DNA of 64,000 nt from Diplonema japonicum (GCA_964019335.1 OZ025684.1:186001-250000); one strand, 5' to 3'; shown: positions 1-12,108, counted from the first letter of the stretch. Numbers and translations are program-made. The notes: generated by a model not told the origin, from the letters alone.

Positions 1-100
1 CTCGACTCCTCCAGGTGCTGTCCTCATCAGGCGAGAGGCACCCTTCAATGGCTCCTACTAGCGTCCCAGCAGGTTGGAGAGTACTTTTTCCCGACCACCA
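1..100. repeat. Family X dispersed repeat (also ~45850-45982 and ~52155-52335)
   Basis: Shared gcgtcccagcaggttggagagtacttttcccgac terminus. Confidence 0.75.
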
Positions 101-120
101 AAAAAAGAATTTAACGTTCG

Positions 121-151
<31 letters not shown>

Positions 152-168
152 CCTTTGCAATACAACCA

Positions 169-1110
169 TCACGCTGTCTCAGGAGCGAGAGGGGGGAATG
201 ACTTCCCGTCACTGTACTGCAGCCAGTTTCGCTTGGACCAGCTAACCCCCTCCGAAGGCCCTTCAACAAGGTGCAACTGGTAGCTGTGACGTGACGCATT
301 TGAGGTGTTCTTCAGCGAGAAGTGATCAACCTCTCCATGGATTAGAACAAGATCGCCTTGTTTCACAGGAAGCGGTTCGAAACCAAGCTCCTTACCTTGC
401 TCAGCGGTGGTGACAACGAGCCCGTCAGTTTCGTCTTGAGGAACATCAAGATTTTCAAACATGATACCGGGGGCTTTCTTGTCGCCCTTCTCGAAATAAT
501 CAGGGTTTCTAACAAATAACTTGCGGACTCCCCTTTTATGCGACCCTGGCCTGGCCCACAGGCACCCGTTTTCCATTGTTGAATCTTCCAAGGCTAGCCA
601 AAGACCCAGACAGGTGCATTTAGGTATTGTGTGTAAAAATGTGCTGTCTTGGTGTATCACAGCAGAGTCGCCAATGCGGGGTTGTTTGAAGATGTACATG
701 GATTGGGGTAAAACGGGGTTTTTGTAACCGAGCGCGGAGGTTACAGCATTGTATTTTGCGGAGTTTGAGAAGGCTTTGAAGACAGGGTCGAGGACGTGCA
801 GGGCGTGGCCTACCTTGTGTACTGCCACTGACTTGTCAAAGTCTTTCTTGAGGACACCCGCATCAGTGGCACCGGGTTCGAGAAAAAAACTGATTTTGTC
901 GCTGGAGTTAAAGAAGTATTCACTATTGAGGTGGGCTTCGGAGCTAACGTCGAAAACGCTGTGCTTTGACTCCAAGGGGTCCCACTCTTTGATGAGCGTG
1001 CCCATCCTTGTCATCAAAGATTCGCATTCTTCCTTTGTCGCAAACTTTTCCACTACGGCTATGCCGTCGCGTTCATAGGCTTCTACTGCTGAAGGCTTGA
1101 TGGTGGTCAT
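169..1110 (-). CDS. Phytanoyl-CoA dioxygenase (PhyH/PHYHD1-like) Fe(II)/2-oxoglutarate dioxygenase, 313 aa
   Basis: Motifs QSMYIFKQPRIG, HQD (HxD), WLALEDSTMENGCLW.PGSH and distal H.S..N.S...R. ATG at 1110 follows an A-run; the upstream ORF extension is low-complexity. Confidence 0.92.
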   Translation of the reverse strand: MTTIKPSAVEAYERDGIAVVEKFATKEECESLMTRMGTLIKEWDPLESKHSVFDVSSEAHLNSEYFFNSSDKISFFLEPGATDAGVLKKDFDKSVAVHKVGHALHVLDPVFKAFSNSAKYNAVTSALGYKNPVLPQSMYIFKQPRIGDSAVIHQDSTFLHTIPKCTCLGLWLALEDSTMENGCLWARPGSHKRGVRKLFVRNPDYFEKGDKKAPGIMFENLDVPQDETDGLVVTTAEQGKELGFEPLPVKQGDLVLIHGEVDHFSLKNTSNASRHSYQLHLVEGPSEGVSWSKRNWLQYSDGKSFPPLAPETA

Positions 1111-2177
1111 GTTTTTTTCTTTTTTTTCTCTTTGGTTTCGATGAGTTTTTTTTTTTTTTTGGTAGGTAAATAAAAAAAAATAAAAAAAAAGAGGTGGGGG
1201 GTGGGGGAAAATATTGAATGATGCCAATGAGGTAAAAAAAAAAAAATAAAGGGGGGTAAAAAAAAAAAAAGGGAGGGAAAGAAAGAAAAAAAAAAAATGG
1301 GGGAGGGGAAAGGGAGGGAAAAAAATTCATTCGGACAAAAGGAGCAAAAAAAAAAAAAAAAAAATCAGTTTCTGAATTTTGGTAATGGAAAGAGAAAAAA
1401 AAAATAATAAAAATGCAACACAAAAGGAAGTCATTTTGTTTTTTGGTATTTTTTTGTTTTTGTTTTTTGGGGAAATGGGAAAAGTACATCAAAGAAAAAG
1501 GCCATTTCAACAGGGCGAATGCAAGGTAAGTGCCTAGGACTTAAGATAAACCCAACAGTTTCACTTTCGCCTTGCGCCCTTTCTTTTTTTTTGTTTCTAC
1601 TTTGGAATATCGAATATGGTTTTAAACTGACAGATGGCTGCAAAGACGCTCAAAAGACGGGGAGAGCGGAAGAAAAAAAAGCTTTTTCTCTTGAGATGAA
1701 AAGTTTTTTTTTCCCCTTCCCCTCTATTTTTTTTGTTTTTTTTTTTAAAAGATTTGATGAGCGCAGAGAATTCGTCATTGCAGGTTTAATGATTGCAGCA
1801 CATGATTATTCTTTTTTTTTTTTCTTTCTGAAAAAAAAAAAAGAAATGAAAAAAAAGAGGGGGGAAAAAAAAAAGAAGAAGTTTGAAGAACTTGGGATGA
1901 AAACGTCCTTTCCCCCCCCTTTTTTTTTCTCGTTTTTTTTTTTTTCTTTTTTTTTCTTCTTTTTCTTTTTTCGTTTTCTCCCCCCAGTACACCTATACAA
2001 AGAAAGAAAAAACAGAGAAAAAAAAAAAAAGAAAATTTAAAAAAAAAAAGAAAAGACAAAAGTGGATGGGAAAGAGAGAGAGCAAAAAAATATAATCTTT
2101 TAATTCCTTCCGCCTCTCTTTCAAGAGGGATGATGCACTAGGGGGGGATACAACAAAAAAATCAAGTGGTTTTTAAA

Positions 2178-3017
2178 CTACTCATGGTGGAACGCCATCT
2201 GGTTGGCCGCCCTTTCGGCAAAACCCTCCATTTTCTCAACCAAAAACTTGGGGTGCATGAAAAACCCAAGAACGTACCCCATGAGGAGCGCCTCACAGGG
2301 GTGGAGAACAGTGGTGGTCGAGACCTCGAGGGTGTCCCTGCCGGACTTTTCATCGTAAAAGGCTTTAAAGGCAGATGTTGCCCAGGTTCTGTCACCGGCT
2401 TCCCAGTCCTTATTGTCGTAGGTAATGGGGATCTCTTCACCATTATGGGTGAGGGTGTAGAATATTTTCTTCACCTTGGACTTGGTCTTGGTTTTCTTTT
2501 CCTGGGTGCCGTCTTCCTTGTCAGTGATTTCAACTTCAGCCTTTGACTTACCAGCCATGACTACTTTGAGCTCAGCGGAGACCGCGCCCAACTTGGACTT
2601 GAAAACTGCCTTTTTGTTGAGGGTCCATTTCATCTTTGCCTTGTACTCTGTCTCCTCTTCACCATCGTCGGAGTCCTCCTCCCACCAGAAGTATTTGTTT
2701 TGTTCGTCGTCGTCGTCCTTCTCGATTTCTCTTTCCATTTTGAAATCAGGTTCGTTTCCTTCAATGAAAACGCTGCCCAGGACCTCGCCCTGCTCTGCGC
2801 CCTCGGCCCTGACGTAGTTTTCCAGCTGAACGGAGCACGACGGGTCCCAGAAGCTGCCGTTGTCCTTCCTCAGGAACAGCCACTTCTCCCTCTGCTTGTT
2901 CAGCACAACAAAGTGCTTCGTGAAGCTCCCGGCAGCCTCGACTATGAACTCCGACTCACCCGCAGGATCCGGCAGGATCACGTCAGGTAGAGCGTCAGCA
3001 CTGGCACAGCAACCCAT
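2178..3017 (-). CDS. Hypothetical protein with MGCCAS N-terminus (predicted myristoylation/palmitoylation); possibly a Tubby-C/LURP-like barrel
   Basis: Clean 279-aa ORF with coding-like composition and an A-run before ATG. The fold guess rests only on alternating beta-strands plus a C-terminal hydrophobic helix. Confidence 0.8.
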   Translation of the reverse strand: MGCCASADALPDVILPDPAGESEFIVEAAGSFTKHFVVLNKQREKWLFLRKDNGSFWDPSCSVQLENYVRAEGAEQGEVLGSVFIEGNEPDFKMEREIEKDDDDEQNKYFWWEEDSDDGEEETEYKAKMKWTLNKKAVFKSKLGAVSAELKVVMAGKSKAEVEITDKEDGTQEKKTKTKSKVKKIFYTLTHNGEEIPITYDNKDWEAGDRTWATSAFKAFYDEKSGRDTLEVSTTTVLHPCEALLMGYVLGFFMHPKFLVEKMEGFAERAANQMAFHHE

Positions 3018-3400
3018 TTTTTTTTCCTCTTTTTTTTCTTTTCTTTTTTTCTCTAGCTCTGTTTTTTTTTTTTTTTTTTTTTTTTTTTTGAAAAAAAAAA
3101 AAAAAAGTTATACACAAATGAATGTCGACAGCGTTGTCGTAACCACTGCGCGCAAACAAAAAAAAAGAAGTAAAAAAGAATATGGGTCTCGTTTTTCTTT
3201 TTTTTTTGGTTCTTTTGGTTTTTCGCTCGAGTAAGGGGGTGGAGGTATAAAAGAAATCGGCGCAAGAAAATTACCTCGGCACAAAAGCAAACAAAGCTTA
3301 TTATCATTTCTTTTTACCACATTTTGCATCTGAATCTGAATTTTGCAAGCAGAAGAAAAAAAACGTTTCAGGTCATTTTTCTTTTTTTGCATTTTCATTC

Positions 3401-3442
<42 letters not shown>

Positions 3443-3552
3443 GGGGATTAAAGGAGGTCTTTAAGACGCCCCCCTTCAATAAGCCCTTATTTCTCTTTTT
3501 TTTCTTTCTTTTTCTTTTTTTTTTTCTTTTTTTTTTTTGTCCAACCATCTCA

Positions 3553-4356
3553 TCATAAACATATCTCACCCTTCATGAACAAAACAGCGTTCCCACGGAT
3601 TCGAACAAACTGGCTCTCCTTGTCAACGGTGAGGTCGACAGTACCACGGCGCTGCGACATCTGCACAGCAGTGAGGGTGGAACGCCCAAGAACATTAGCC
3701 CAGTAAGGCCCGACCTGTGTGTAAGCGGAACCTGTCACCGGATCCTCACGTATCCCAATCTTAGGAGCAAAGAAGCGGGTAATGAAATCCACACCCGGCA
3801 GGGAGTCAGGCGCCTTCGCAGTCACAATGAGCCCACGGTAAGGAAGACGGGACAGCACATCGAAATCAGGTTCCATGTCCACCACCATCTGAGGGTCATC
3901 GAAAACTGCGATTAAGTCCTCCGCTGCCAAGCATTCCTTAGGCGTCACCTTGAGGCCAGCGTTGATATCCTCGTAAAGCTTACAAACTGATGGTTCCTGG
4001 AGGGGGAAGCAAAGCTCAAGCTTCTCATTGATCCTTGTCACAGTCAGCTTGCCCGACAACGATTGGAACTCTATCACATCTTCCTTCACGCCCAGTTCCG
4101 TGAACATGATATAAGCTGCAGCGAGGGTGGCGTGCCCGCATAGTTTCACTTCGGCAACTGGTGTGAACCATCTAATTCGATACCCGCTGTCTGCTTCCTT
4201 TACGAAGTACACTGTTTCTGCTAGGTTGTTCTCTGCTGCGACAGACTGCATCAGGCTGTCTTCGATCCATTCTTCAAGGGGTACGACTGCAGCAGGGTTG
4301 CCCTCGAACGCCTTTGAGGCGAAGGCGTCGATTTGGTAGATGCGGAGAGGCTTCAT
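3553..4356 (-). CDS. PhzF-family (phenazine biosynthesis-like) isomerase/epimerase, 267 aa
   Basis: Motifs YQIDAF...GNPAAV, A.ENNLAET, IRWFTP..EV.LCGHATLA, RFFAP..GI.EDPVTGSA. Confidence 0.93.
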   Translation of the reverse strand: MKPLRIYQIDAFASKAFEGNPAAVVPLEEWIEDSLMQSVAAENNLAETVYFVKEADSGYRIRWFTPVAEVKLCGHATLAAAYIMFTELGVKEDVIEFQSLSGKLTVTRINEKLELCFPLQEPSVCKLYEDINAGLKVTPKECLAAEDLIAVFDDPQMVVDMEPDFDVLSRLPYRGLIVTAKAPDSLPGVDFITRFFAPKIGIREDPVTGSAYTQVGPYWANVLGRSTLTAVQMSQRRGTVDLTVDKESQFVRIRGNAVLFMKGEICL

Positions 4357-5158
4357 GTGTGTTTTTTTTTTCCTTTTTTTCTTCCCCCCCTTTTTTTTGA
4401 TGAATCGAGAAAAATGAAACGAGAAAAAAAAAAAGACTTTGGGTCGAAAGCCAATTTCCCCCCCCCCCCCCTTTCTTTTCAGTACTACCCTCAGTTTGGT
4501 GGTCACCATGTCAAAGAGGGAAAGCACTGAATGTTTCAGCAACGGGCAATTCTGAATAAAAATTAAGAGTTCTGGGGGGGTGGGGGGGGGGGAGGGAAAG
4601 TAATAAATGGATTCTGAATTATCCAACATAACCCCACACCACATATTACTCACAACAAGGAATAAGGAACACGGGTCTATCCCTTGTTGTGGTTATGCAG
4701 TAAAAAGACGAAAGAAAACAAAAAAAAGAAAAAAATACAACACCACTCTTGCTGGATGAGAAAAGAAAAAAATTAAAAAAAAAAAGAACTGCCCAAAGAA
4801 GAAGGAACTTTTTCGTTTGGGTTTCTTTTTTTTTTTTTTTTTTACCCTAAAAAATGTAAGTAGTTGAGCACGATTCTCCATCAGATAATAAAAAACAATT
4901 CTTCATTCAAAAAAAAAAAAAAAAAAAAGAATAAAAAAAGTCACACTCACACGGCTTTTTGACATTTCAAAATTTTGAAATCTTTTTTGTGACGCAAAAC
5001 ATGTGTACCTTTTTTTTTCCCTTTTTTTCACTCACTCACGCCTTCTCCACCATCAACATTTCTCTGTTCTTTTTTTTTTTTTTTAAAGCACGAGCGGGTG
5101 GTGAGTTCCATTCTCACCCTGTTTGCATGAGTGGTAGAAAATAAAAAAGAATAATTTA

Positions 5159-5403
5159 AGAGTAAAGGAGGCCAGTGTTGTGGCGTCCAGCACGAGCACT
5201 TGAATACAAGGGGCGCACCTCGGCCGAGTTGTAGCTTCTTCTGAGTTCCGCGTTGTGCTCTCAATGCGGCTCAACCCTAGCCGGGGCGCCCAAGATTAAC
5301 CAAGACTCTGCGCTCGTGCTGTTTGCTGGTGATGACCGACGAGGAGGTCAACAGCGAACAACACATCTGATGTACTTCTTATATTTCCATGTCATCCACC
5401 ACC
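5159..5403 (-). mobile_element. Ribozyme-SINE copy A (tail type 1; P4 and J4/2 deleted)
   Basis: Aligns to 55865-56142 with an internal deletion and the same 5' end. Confidence 0.85.
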
Positions 5404-5973
5404 TGAAAATAATATAAAAAAAAATAAAATAAAAAAGACGTTCCTTTCATTCCTCATTACCGTAGTTGTATTTAATATGAAAAGCGGGAAAAAGTCCCAA
5501 AAACCCCAAAAAAAAAAAAAAAAAAAAAAAAATAGAAATCATCGGTTTTTTTTAGAAAAAGCTAAAATAAAGTTCCATAAATTTATCCGTTTTCAAAACA
5601 ACTTTCTGTTCTAAGTATTTTCTTATTTCCATTTTAAGTACAAATCACGGTAAAGTCCAACATATACGGTGGCTCTAGTTTTATTCACTTTTTCTTTTTT
5701 CTCCCCCCCTTTTAATTAAAGGAAGAAGAAGAAAAAAAAAAGGGGGGGTTTTTTTTCTTCCTTTCTTTTTTTTAAAAGAAGAGCGAAGAAAAAGCAAAAG
5801 AAAAAAAAAAGAAAAAAAAAAGAGAAAAAAAAAAAAATATAAAACTGACAAAAAAACAAAACTTTAGTCAAAGAGAGACACCATATTTTCCATTCCGTTT
5901 CGATGGGTCAAAACCACAAGAGAGAGCCATTTTTTTTTTTTTTTTTTTTCTTTTTTTTTTTTTTTTTAAAACC

Positions 5974-6762
5974 TTAAAGCGCGGTAGTAGATATCCCACC
6001 CCTCTGCAATTTCGGTGTCTTGGGTATAATACTGCTTCTCTCATTAGGGATCTGGGGAGGTGCGGTCGAGTACCGCGAGTCAGCAAAACCCGAAGACGTT
6101 CGTGAGTTCCACGTGCCGCTAAACTTCGAACCCCCCTCATGGTTTGCATGCCAGAGCACAGTGAGCGAGGAAGCCTGCGAAGAACGACTTTCCTGCCCGC
6201 CCGACCCCGACAGGATACACCGCCTGTATAAAACAGTCCCCAGTATGAGCATCCCTAACGAGATACCTACCCACATAACAGGCTTTTTCCATGGTGAGAG
6301 GTCACGGCCTTTTTCACAGACATCTGTTGTGCAGATCCACACAACACCTGAGACGACAAGAGGAGCAGGCGACGCCCGTGTTGCGTTGGCCGTCAGCAGC
6401 AACGTCCAGGAGGTATCGTAGTTTCCATACCCGCAAGCGAACACTGGAGGAGGGTACCTAGTTGCGCAAGGCAGCCTGCCGGGCTCGGTACCGCATAATC
6501 TCATATCGGGGCCTGCACCTTGGTGTCCATAGCATACAAGGTCTATGCCGTACTCCCACCCTGGGGTGTCCTCGCCGAATGTCATGTACTCGATGCTAAG
6601 TATTTCCACCCCAGCCGTTTCTGTCGGCAGGTCAACGGTGATTCCCGTGCAGTTCACCTCGGAGCTGCACAGCACCTCAACCGAGAGCTGTATCAAATCG
6701 TCTTTCTGATCGTTCTTCGAGGGTGTCTCTGAGAGGCATAGTAAGGCAGCCAAGAGCAACAT
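5974..6762 (-). CDS. Hypothetical type I membrane protein, 262 aa
   Basis: Signal peptide MLLLAALLCLS, Cys-containing ectodomain, TM VMWVGISLGMLILGTVLY followed by RR, Ser-rich tail. Confidence 0.75.
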   Translation of the reverse strand: MLLLAALLCLSETPSKNDQKDDLIQLSVEVLCSSEVNCTGITVDLPTETAGVEILSIEYMTFGEDTPGWEYGIDLVCYGHQGAGPDMRLCGTEPGRLPCATRYPPPVFACGYGNYDTSWTLLLTANATRASPAPLVVSGVVWICTTDVCEKGRDLSPWKKPVMWVGISLGMLILGTVLYRRCILSGSGGQESRSSQASSLTVLWHANHEGGSKFSGTWNSRTSSGFADSRYSTAPPQIPNERSSIIPKTPKLQRGGISTTAL

Positions 6763-7398
6763 GAAAATTCTTTTTTTTTTCTTCTTTTTTTTATATTTTA
6801 TTTTAATTCGATGGCCACCTTGGTATTCCCCACCGCCCCCATCCTTTTTTTTTTTTTTTTTTTAAAAAAGAAAGAAGACGAGTCGCCACCTCAACTCGTA
6901 TGTATTAAGCAGTGGCGTGAAGACAACGGCATGGTCTTGCCCACTGCGGTCGCCGTTCATAGTTGGTGGCGTGCGCCGGGCAGCGCCATGGAGTGGTCGG
7001 AGGATGCTAGTCCTGTCGCTTACGTCGCGTCACCCCAGACCCAAAAAAAAAAAAAAAAAAGAGCGACAGGGCAAAAAAAGAGAGAAACAAAAAGAAGAAG
7101 AAAAGACTGACGTGACTTGAACCACAACACCAAAGACGCCGAGAGAGCGCGAACAAGAGAACCAAACAATGGAGTGGTGAGGGTCACATCCGATGTCTAA
7201 GAAAATGTCAGCCTTGTCATTCTCATGACCGTTCTGGGTGATCTTTTTCTTCGTTTGAAGCTTGCCACCCTTTCTCTGCGCTGTGGTGTTTGTTAAGTCT
7301 TCTTGTGTATCTTCTATTCTAGCGGTATTTCATTCCCTTGATGACACATACATTTCTCCTTCTTCAAAAAAGGAGGAGAAAAAAAAGGAGACAAAAGA

Positions 7399-7524
7399 AT
7401 ATATGAGTTAAAGGAAGTCTTTGTGAGACGCCCCCTTGTTCTCATCCTCTACCTGCATCTATCCCCCTTCAGCAGCGGCTTCTCCTTCTTCGGTGGTCGT
7501 GCCGGCCTCCTCCCCAGCTTGGCT
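7399..7524 (-). mobile_element. LINE-A 3'-end fragment
   Basis: Near-identical to ~28603-28729. Confidence 0.85.
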
Positions 7525-7863
7525 TGTTTTTAAAGAAGAAAATTTGATTGAAAGTTTATTAGTACCCCAATTACTTACCCCCCCCCCCCCCCTATTTGCC
7601 GGCTTTCCCCTGTAGAATAAAAAAAAAAAAGAAAAAAAAAGAAGAAATAACTTTTAAAACATGCCCCTCAGAAGAATAGAGGAGCTGGCTTTTGTTGTTT
7701 ACACATGCCGTTTTTTTTTAAACAAAGCCAAAAGACTCATTCTTGAAAAAAAAAAGGGGGGAGGGATATTAAATCAAACCACAAGAATGACTGCGTGTCA
7801 CCTTCGTTGAAAGGGAAGAAAGGAAGAAGGAAAAGAGAGGAAAAAAAAAAAAAAAACAAAAGA

Positions 7864-9060
7864 TCACGGAAGTTCTTCATATCCATGCCGAACCTTCTCG
7901 GGGAAGGTGGCTAGTATCGCTGCAGCCACAACCGAGAAAAACGAGAGCAAATAAAACAAGAAATCCCAACCGTATGTCTGTACAAAATAAGGAGTGAGCA
8001 CAGACTGAACAAAGGCACCAAGAGACCCTATAGCATTAATCGTGGAACACGCCGAAGCCGCAGCATGCGGTCCCCCAAGAGACTGTGCCGCCGCTCCAAC
8101 AATTATCGAATCCGGAGCGTAAAGAAAAAACCCGATCAAAACCAGAACTGGCACAATAACAACAATCTGATGCGCCACAAAAGGGTACAAAAAAAGCCAC
8201 AAAGAAAGAACCCCGAGGGACCACGAGCACAGAACGCTGTGTTCAACAGGAACAAACCCTAGAACAACCACCCCTACCGTTCCACCAACCTCTAACGAAA
8301 CCGACACATAAGCCGCAACATCCTCAGCCAATCCGATCGCAGACTGTAGATAAAACGGCAGCCAGAAGAGGAAAGCGTACCTTATGTACTTCACAAAAAA
8401 GTAAGCCGCACCATATCGAAGGATGTCTTTGCTTTTAAGCATATTAAGAACATCGGTCAACGTTGTGTCCTCCTCGTGTGGGTATCGAGGAGATGCCGGG
8501 TCTGCTGAGGGGAGGAAAACCTGGTTCAAAACAGCAATTGCGAATAGTATAGATCCGGGTACGATAAATGCGCTTCTCCACCCGTACGTCGCGGTTAGGT
8601 ATCCAGCTAGAGCAGTACCCACAATACCTCCTGCTTGGTAGTTTGTTGACCATAATGCCATAATTCGTGTGCGAGTTTCGACTGGAAATTGTTTTGCCAT
8701 GATTTTCACAGTGGAAGGCCACCCGGCTGCCTGGCAGAAGCCGTTCAGAGTGAACAGGATTATCATGACGGTGGAGTTTGACGTGCTGGCAAATCCGAGG
8801 GATATTAAGCTGCTTCCCATCAGCCCCAGGACTAAGACTTGCTTTGGTCCACAGATATCGACGATTAGACCGGCAGGAACCTGTCCCCCTGTGTACGAAA
8901 GCAGGTACCCCATGTCAATGTAACCCATTGCCTGGAGGCTCAAGCCCACTGTGTCTTTCATTCTGTATTTAGCAACGCTGAAGTTCTTCCGCGTCAGGTA
9001 CATCCCAGCATAGGCCAGCCATGACAATACGAAGGACACTGCTTGCTCGGATGTCATCAT
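7864..9060 (-). CDS. MFS transporter, organophosphate:Pi antiporter (GlpT/UhpT/SLC37-like) family, 398 aa
   Basis: YLTRKNFS motif in TM1, NGFCQAAGWP, YFFVKYIRYAFLFWLP, about 12 hydrophobic segments. Confidence 0.9.
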   Translation of the reverse strand: MMTSEQAVSFVLSWLAYAGMYLTRKNFSVAKYRMKDTVGLSLQAMGYIDMGYLLSYTGGQVPAGLIVDICGPKQVLVLGLMGSSLISLGFASTSNSTVMIILFTLNGFCQAAGWPSTVKIMAKQFPVETRTRIMALWSTNYQAGGIVGTALAGYLTATYGWRSAFIVPGSILFAIAVLNQVFLPSADPASPRYPHEEDTTLTDVLNMLKSKDILRYGAAYFFVKYIRYAFLFWLPFYLQSAIGLAEDVAAYVSVSLEVGGTVGVVVLGFVPVEHSVLCSWSLGVLSLWLFLYPFVAHQIVVIVPVLVLIGFFLYAPDSIIVGAAAQSLGGPHAAASACSTINAIGSLGAFVQSVLTPYFVQTYGWDFLFYLLSFFSVVAAAILATFPEKVRHGYEELP

Positions 9061-9167
9061 TTTTTTTTTTTTATTTGACACGGCCCCCCCCCCCCTCCCC
9101 CCTCTCCCCGCACTTTTTTCCCCTCCCCAAAAGGTACCCCCCATACAAAAAAATATTTTTTTTTTCG

Positions 9168-9203
<36 letters not shown>

Positions 9204-9206
9204 ACG

Positions 9207-9656
9207 CTAGCTTGGTACGACGATCTCCTTGAACCTCTTTAAAAAGTCTTTTGGAAGCTGTTTGTTCACGTTTTCAATCTCGGTTTCTTCGAGGTAGCAT
9301 GGCAGATCCATCCATGGCTTTGTTGCCTGCTCCGCCAAATATTGGCCTATATTGAGAGCAACCTGAAGGATCTTTGTCAGACTGGCCGGACCTGTCGTGA
9401 GCCGGATAGTCTGTATTAGAAAATGGTTTCCCTCGTGGGTATTTTTCTCACCCAAACCATTAATACTGTACTCGGTGAGGTTCATGATTTCCCCTCGGTC
9501 CTCGTCGGAGATGTCAAGGGGTCGCCAACGGCCCTCGATGTCGAACCCGGAGAGAAAATGCTTCACAGGCTGCCAGAATGCCCTGCCATCGAAACCTCCT
9601 TGGCTCCTTCTGATGCAAGCCTCTTTTTTTAGAACCTCGAAGGCTTCCTCCAGCAT
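9207..9656 (-). CDS. Hypothetical protein, 149 aa
   Basis: Globular-composition ORF with A-rich leader, on the same strand as its neighbours; no recognised domain. Confidence 0.7.
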   Translation of the reverse strand: MLEEAFEVLKKEACIRRSQGGFDGRAFWQPVKHFLSGFDIEGRWRPLDISDEDRGEIMNLTEYSINGLGEKNTHEGNHFLIQTIRLTTGPASLTKILQVALNIGQYLAEQATKPWMDLPCYLEETEIENVNKQLPKDFLKRFKEIVVPS

Positions 9657-10130
9657 ATTCTTTCTTCTTCCCCTTTAGCGTATTTTCTTTTTAAAAAAGG
9701 GAAAAAAAAGGGGGGGGGGGTGCGAAACAAATAAAAATGAGAAGGTCGAAAGGCCTCCCTTTTCCCATTTTTTTTTTGTTTGTTTGTTAGTTAGGTTGAA
9801 AACTTGGAGAAAAGTCTATAAACCCATAAAACACATAGGAAGCGTTCCCCTTTTGTTTAGACGAGTCAAAGACTCGCTCTCGCAGAAGAAAAATCAATTA
9901 GTTTCTTTAGTATCGACAATAATATTGTTTATAATTTATAAACAAAAATAACATGCTTCATTCAAAAAAAAAGAAAAGAACGAAAAAGAGTCGGCTTTTT
10001 CTTTTTTTTTTTTCTTTTTTATACCACTACTCTTTTTAGAGCACTAACAATTCATTGTCAATTTCCTATTATTCTTTTTTTTTTTTTTTTTCTTTCTTGT
10101 TCATGCAAAAAAAAAAAAAATAAAAAAAAA

Positions 10131-11012
10131 AACTCAAAGTGCAGGACAAACCCCCTCATGGAGGGCCGCCCTTGGGTGGGTTTGGGGGGGTTATCTTTTT
10201 ATACTCCCCTTCTGGAGCATTGCTTTCGTTCCAATCGAGGCCTTGAGCGTCTTGCGGAGTCGTGTGATGCGGTCTCGCTTGTAAGCGGCTTTCAGTTCCA
10301 TCAGCTTGTCGTGAGTGGTGTGGGTGGCGAAGATGGGCCTCCTGGCGAAACCCCCGTCTTCCCACCTATTGCGATGAGGGACTTCACTCTCTTCTGTTCA
10401 TCTGCTGGGAAGGGGCGTGGCTTCTTCCGTGCCCTGCATGCCGCGTTCAGCTTTCTTATCAGTGCTTTGATCTTGCGAGCCCTATCTTCCAGCAGACCCC
10501 CCAGTAACTTGCCAGTCGTCCATTCGAAGTCGATGGCCAATTCCACCGCTGACACTTCAGAGCTGGTGTCCTCCTTCACCCATCGTAGCTGTGACAACCA
10601 CTGCAGCAGCGGGTTCAAGAATTCTGCGACGATTCCTCCCACTCCTTCGAGCTCCCCCGCCGTTGGCACGAGGCATCTCCTTCCCTCCACATTGCGTACC
10701 CACGGCAGCGGCTGTGTGCTGGCGTTGTCTATTTGCATGAGCTCCACATCCCGTTTCCCGACCACCACAGCCATGTATCGCTGCAGCTTCTCCAGGTGTG
10801 CGAAGACATGCCCCCTCGGCAGTATCGCGTGCAGCTCCAGACATAGGGGCCATCCTGATCTGTTGCGCAACGGCTCCATTCCGTCTAGTGCCAGTTCCTC
10901 TTGTGCACAGGCGCACTCATACAGCTGATGGCGGAGTAAGGTCACCGTGTCCGGGTGTGGAGACTTGCTCAGGTCGCCTCTGAATCCTTGCGTGTGCGAT
11001 ACCTCCGTCGTC
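10131..11012 (-). mobile_element. 5'-truncated LINE family C (C-terminal part)
   Basis: HQLYEC, LHAILPR, LQWLSQLRW...SAVELAIDFE and FPAD..RVKSL..IGG are homologous to LINE-A/B. Confidence 0.82.
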
Positions 11013-11764
11013 GGAAAAAAAATAAAAAAATACTGCCCCTTTTTTCGGATTTCTCAATTTTGAAGCCATTTTTTCCTCAATGGGGCATAACGCATTTAAC
11101 AAGGAAACCTTGAAAAGAAACTTTAAGAAGAGACAGCTGATTGTTTTGTGCAAACCGGCAGCCTTCCAGCCTTTTGTTGGAGGCAAATAGGATGTCCCCC
11201 TGTTCCCTACGTTATAAGGAAAGAAAGTAAGACTTCACATAATAAATCCGGGGCGTAAATTTGAAAGGGATGATGGAGCAAGGAGGAATCCCTGCGTGGA
11301 AGGAGGTAAAAAAAAGGGGGGGGGGAGGGAAAGAAGTTTTTTTTCTTTTTTGCGTGATTTAGAAATCATACGGCCTTTTGCAACTTCTTCCTTCCCTTTT
11401 TCTTTTTTTTTTTCCCCCTCTTTTTTTGATGCAAATAGGTAGAAACAAATTCAAAGGAGTTGAAAAGTTTTCTTTGTTTCCTCGTGCACGGTTCACCAGA
11501 TAGCTAGCAAATATTTTTAACATATTTTACACCGAGCGGTCTATGACCTTCTCAATAGCCACCTTCGGGTGATGCCACAAAGAAAACCTTACCCCTCCGT
11601 CACTTGAGTCACTCACAGTACTTGACCAAATCGCAAAGAATCTGCGACAAATACATGGCTGAAAAAAAAAAGATGGCATTTTTTTGAACACCACCAGTTT
11701 TAAATCGAATTATGAGTGAATAAGAAATGACGAAGAAAAAAAAAAGGGGGGTTTAAAAAATAAA

Positions 11765-12087
11765 GAGTTAAAGGAGGCCGGTGTTGGCGGCTCCCTGCAC
11801 AAGAACTGTCTACTTGATTACAGGGGGCGCACCGCGGCCGAGTTGTAGCTTCTTCTGCGTTCCGCGTCGTGTCCTTAATGCATGCGGTGTACAGCTCAAC
11901 CCCAGCCGGGGCGTCCCGGGTAACCAAGATTCTGCGCTCGTGCAGTTTGCTGCCTGTTCGTCACCCTGAGCATCTGCATGATGTTCTTCCACTCGGGCGC
12001 TATCGGTGATGACCGACGAGGAACAGCGAACAACACATCTGATGTTTTTCTTATATTTCCATGTTATTTATTAATATTCCCACCACC
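11765..12087 (-). mobile_element. Ribozyme-SINE copy B (tail type 1; P3 5' strand deleted)
   Basis: Near-identical body to copy E. Confidence 0.85.
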
Positions 12088-12108
12088 CACAAAAAAAGAA
12101 ATAATAAA

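Noticed and set aside
1-32. CUGAUGA (- strand) in family X as a hammerhead core
   Set aside because: No GAAA after a closing stem II in the longer copy at ~52200, and stems I and III could not be built
1365-1388. cagtttctgaattttggta resembling a euglenozoan spliced-leader 3' end
   Set aside because: Only a 9-nt core matches; no SL 5' part or Sm site
1073-2059. Poly-Lys/poly-Phe ORFs here and in most spacers, including N-terminal extensions of real genes
   Set aside because: Translations of A/T homopolymers
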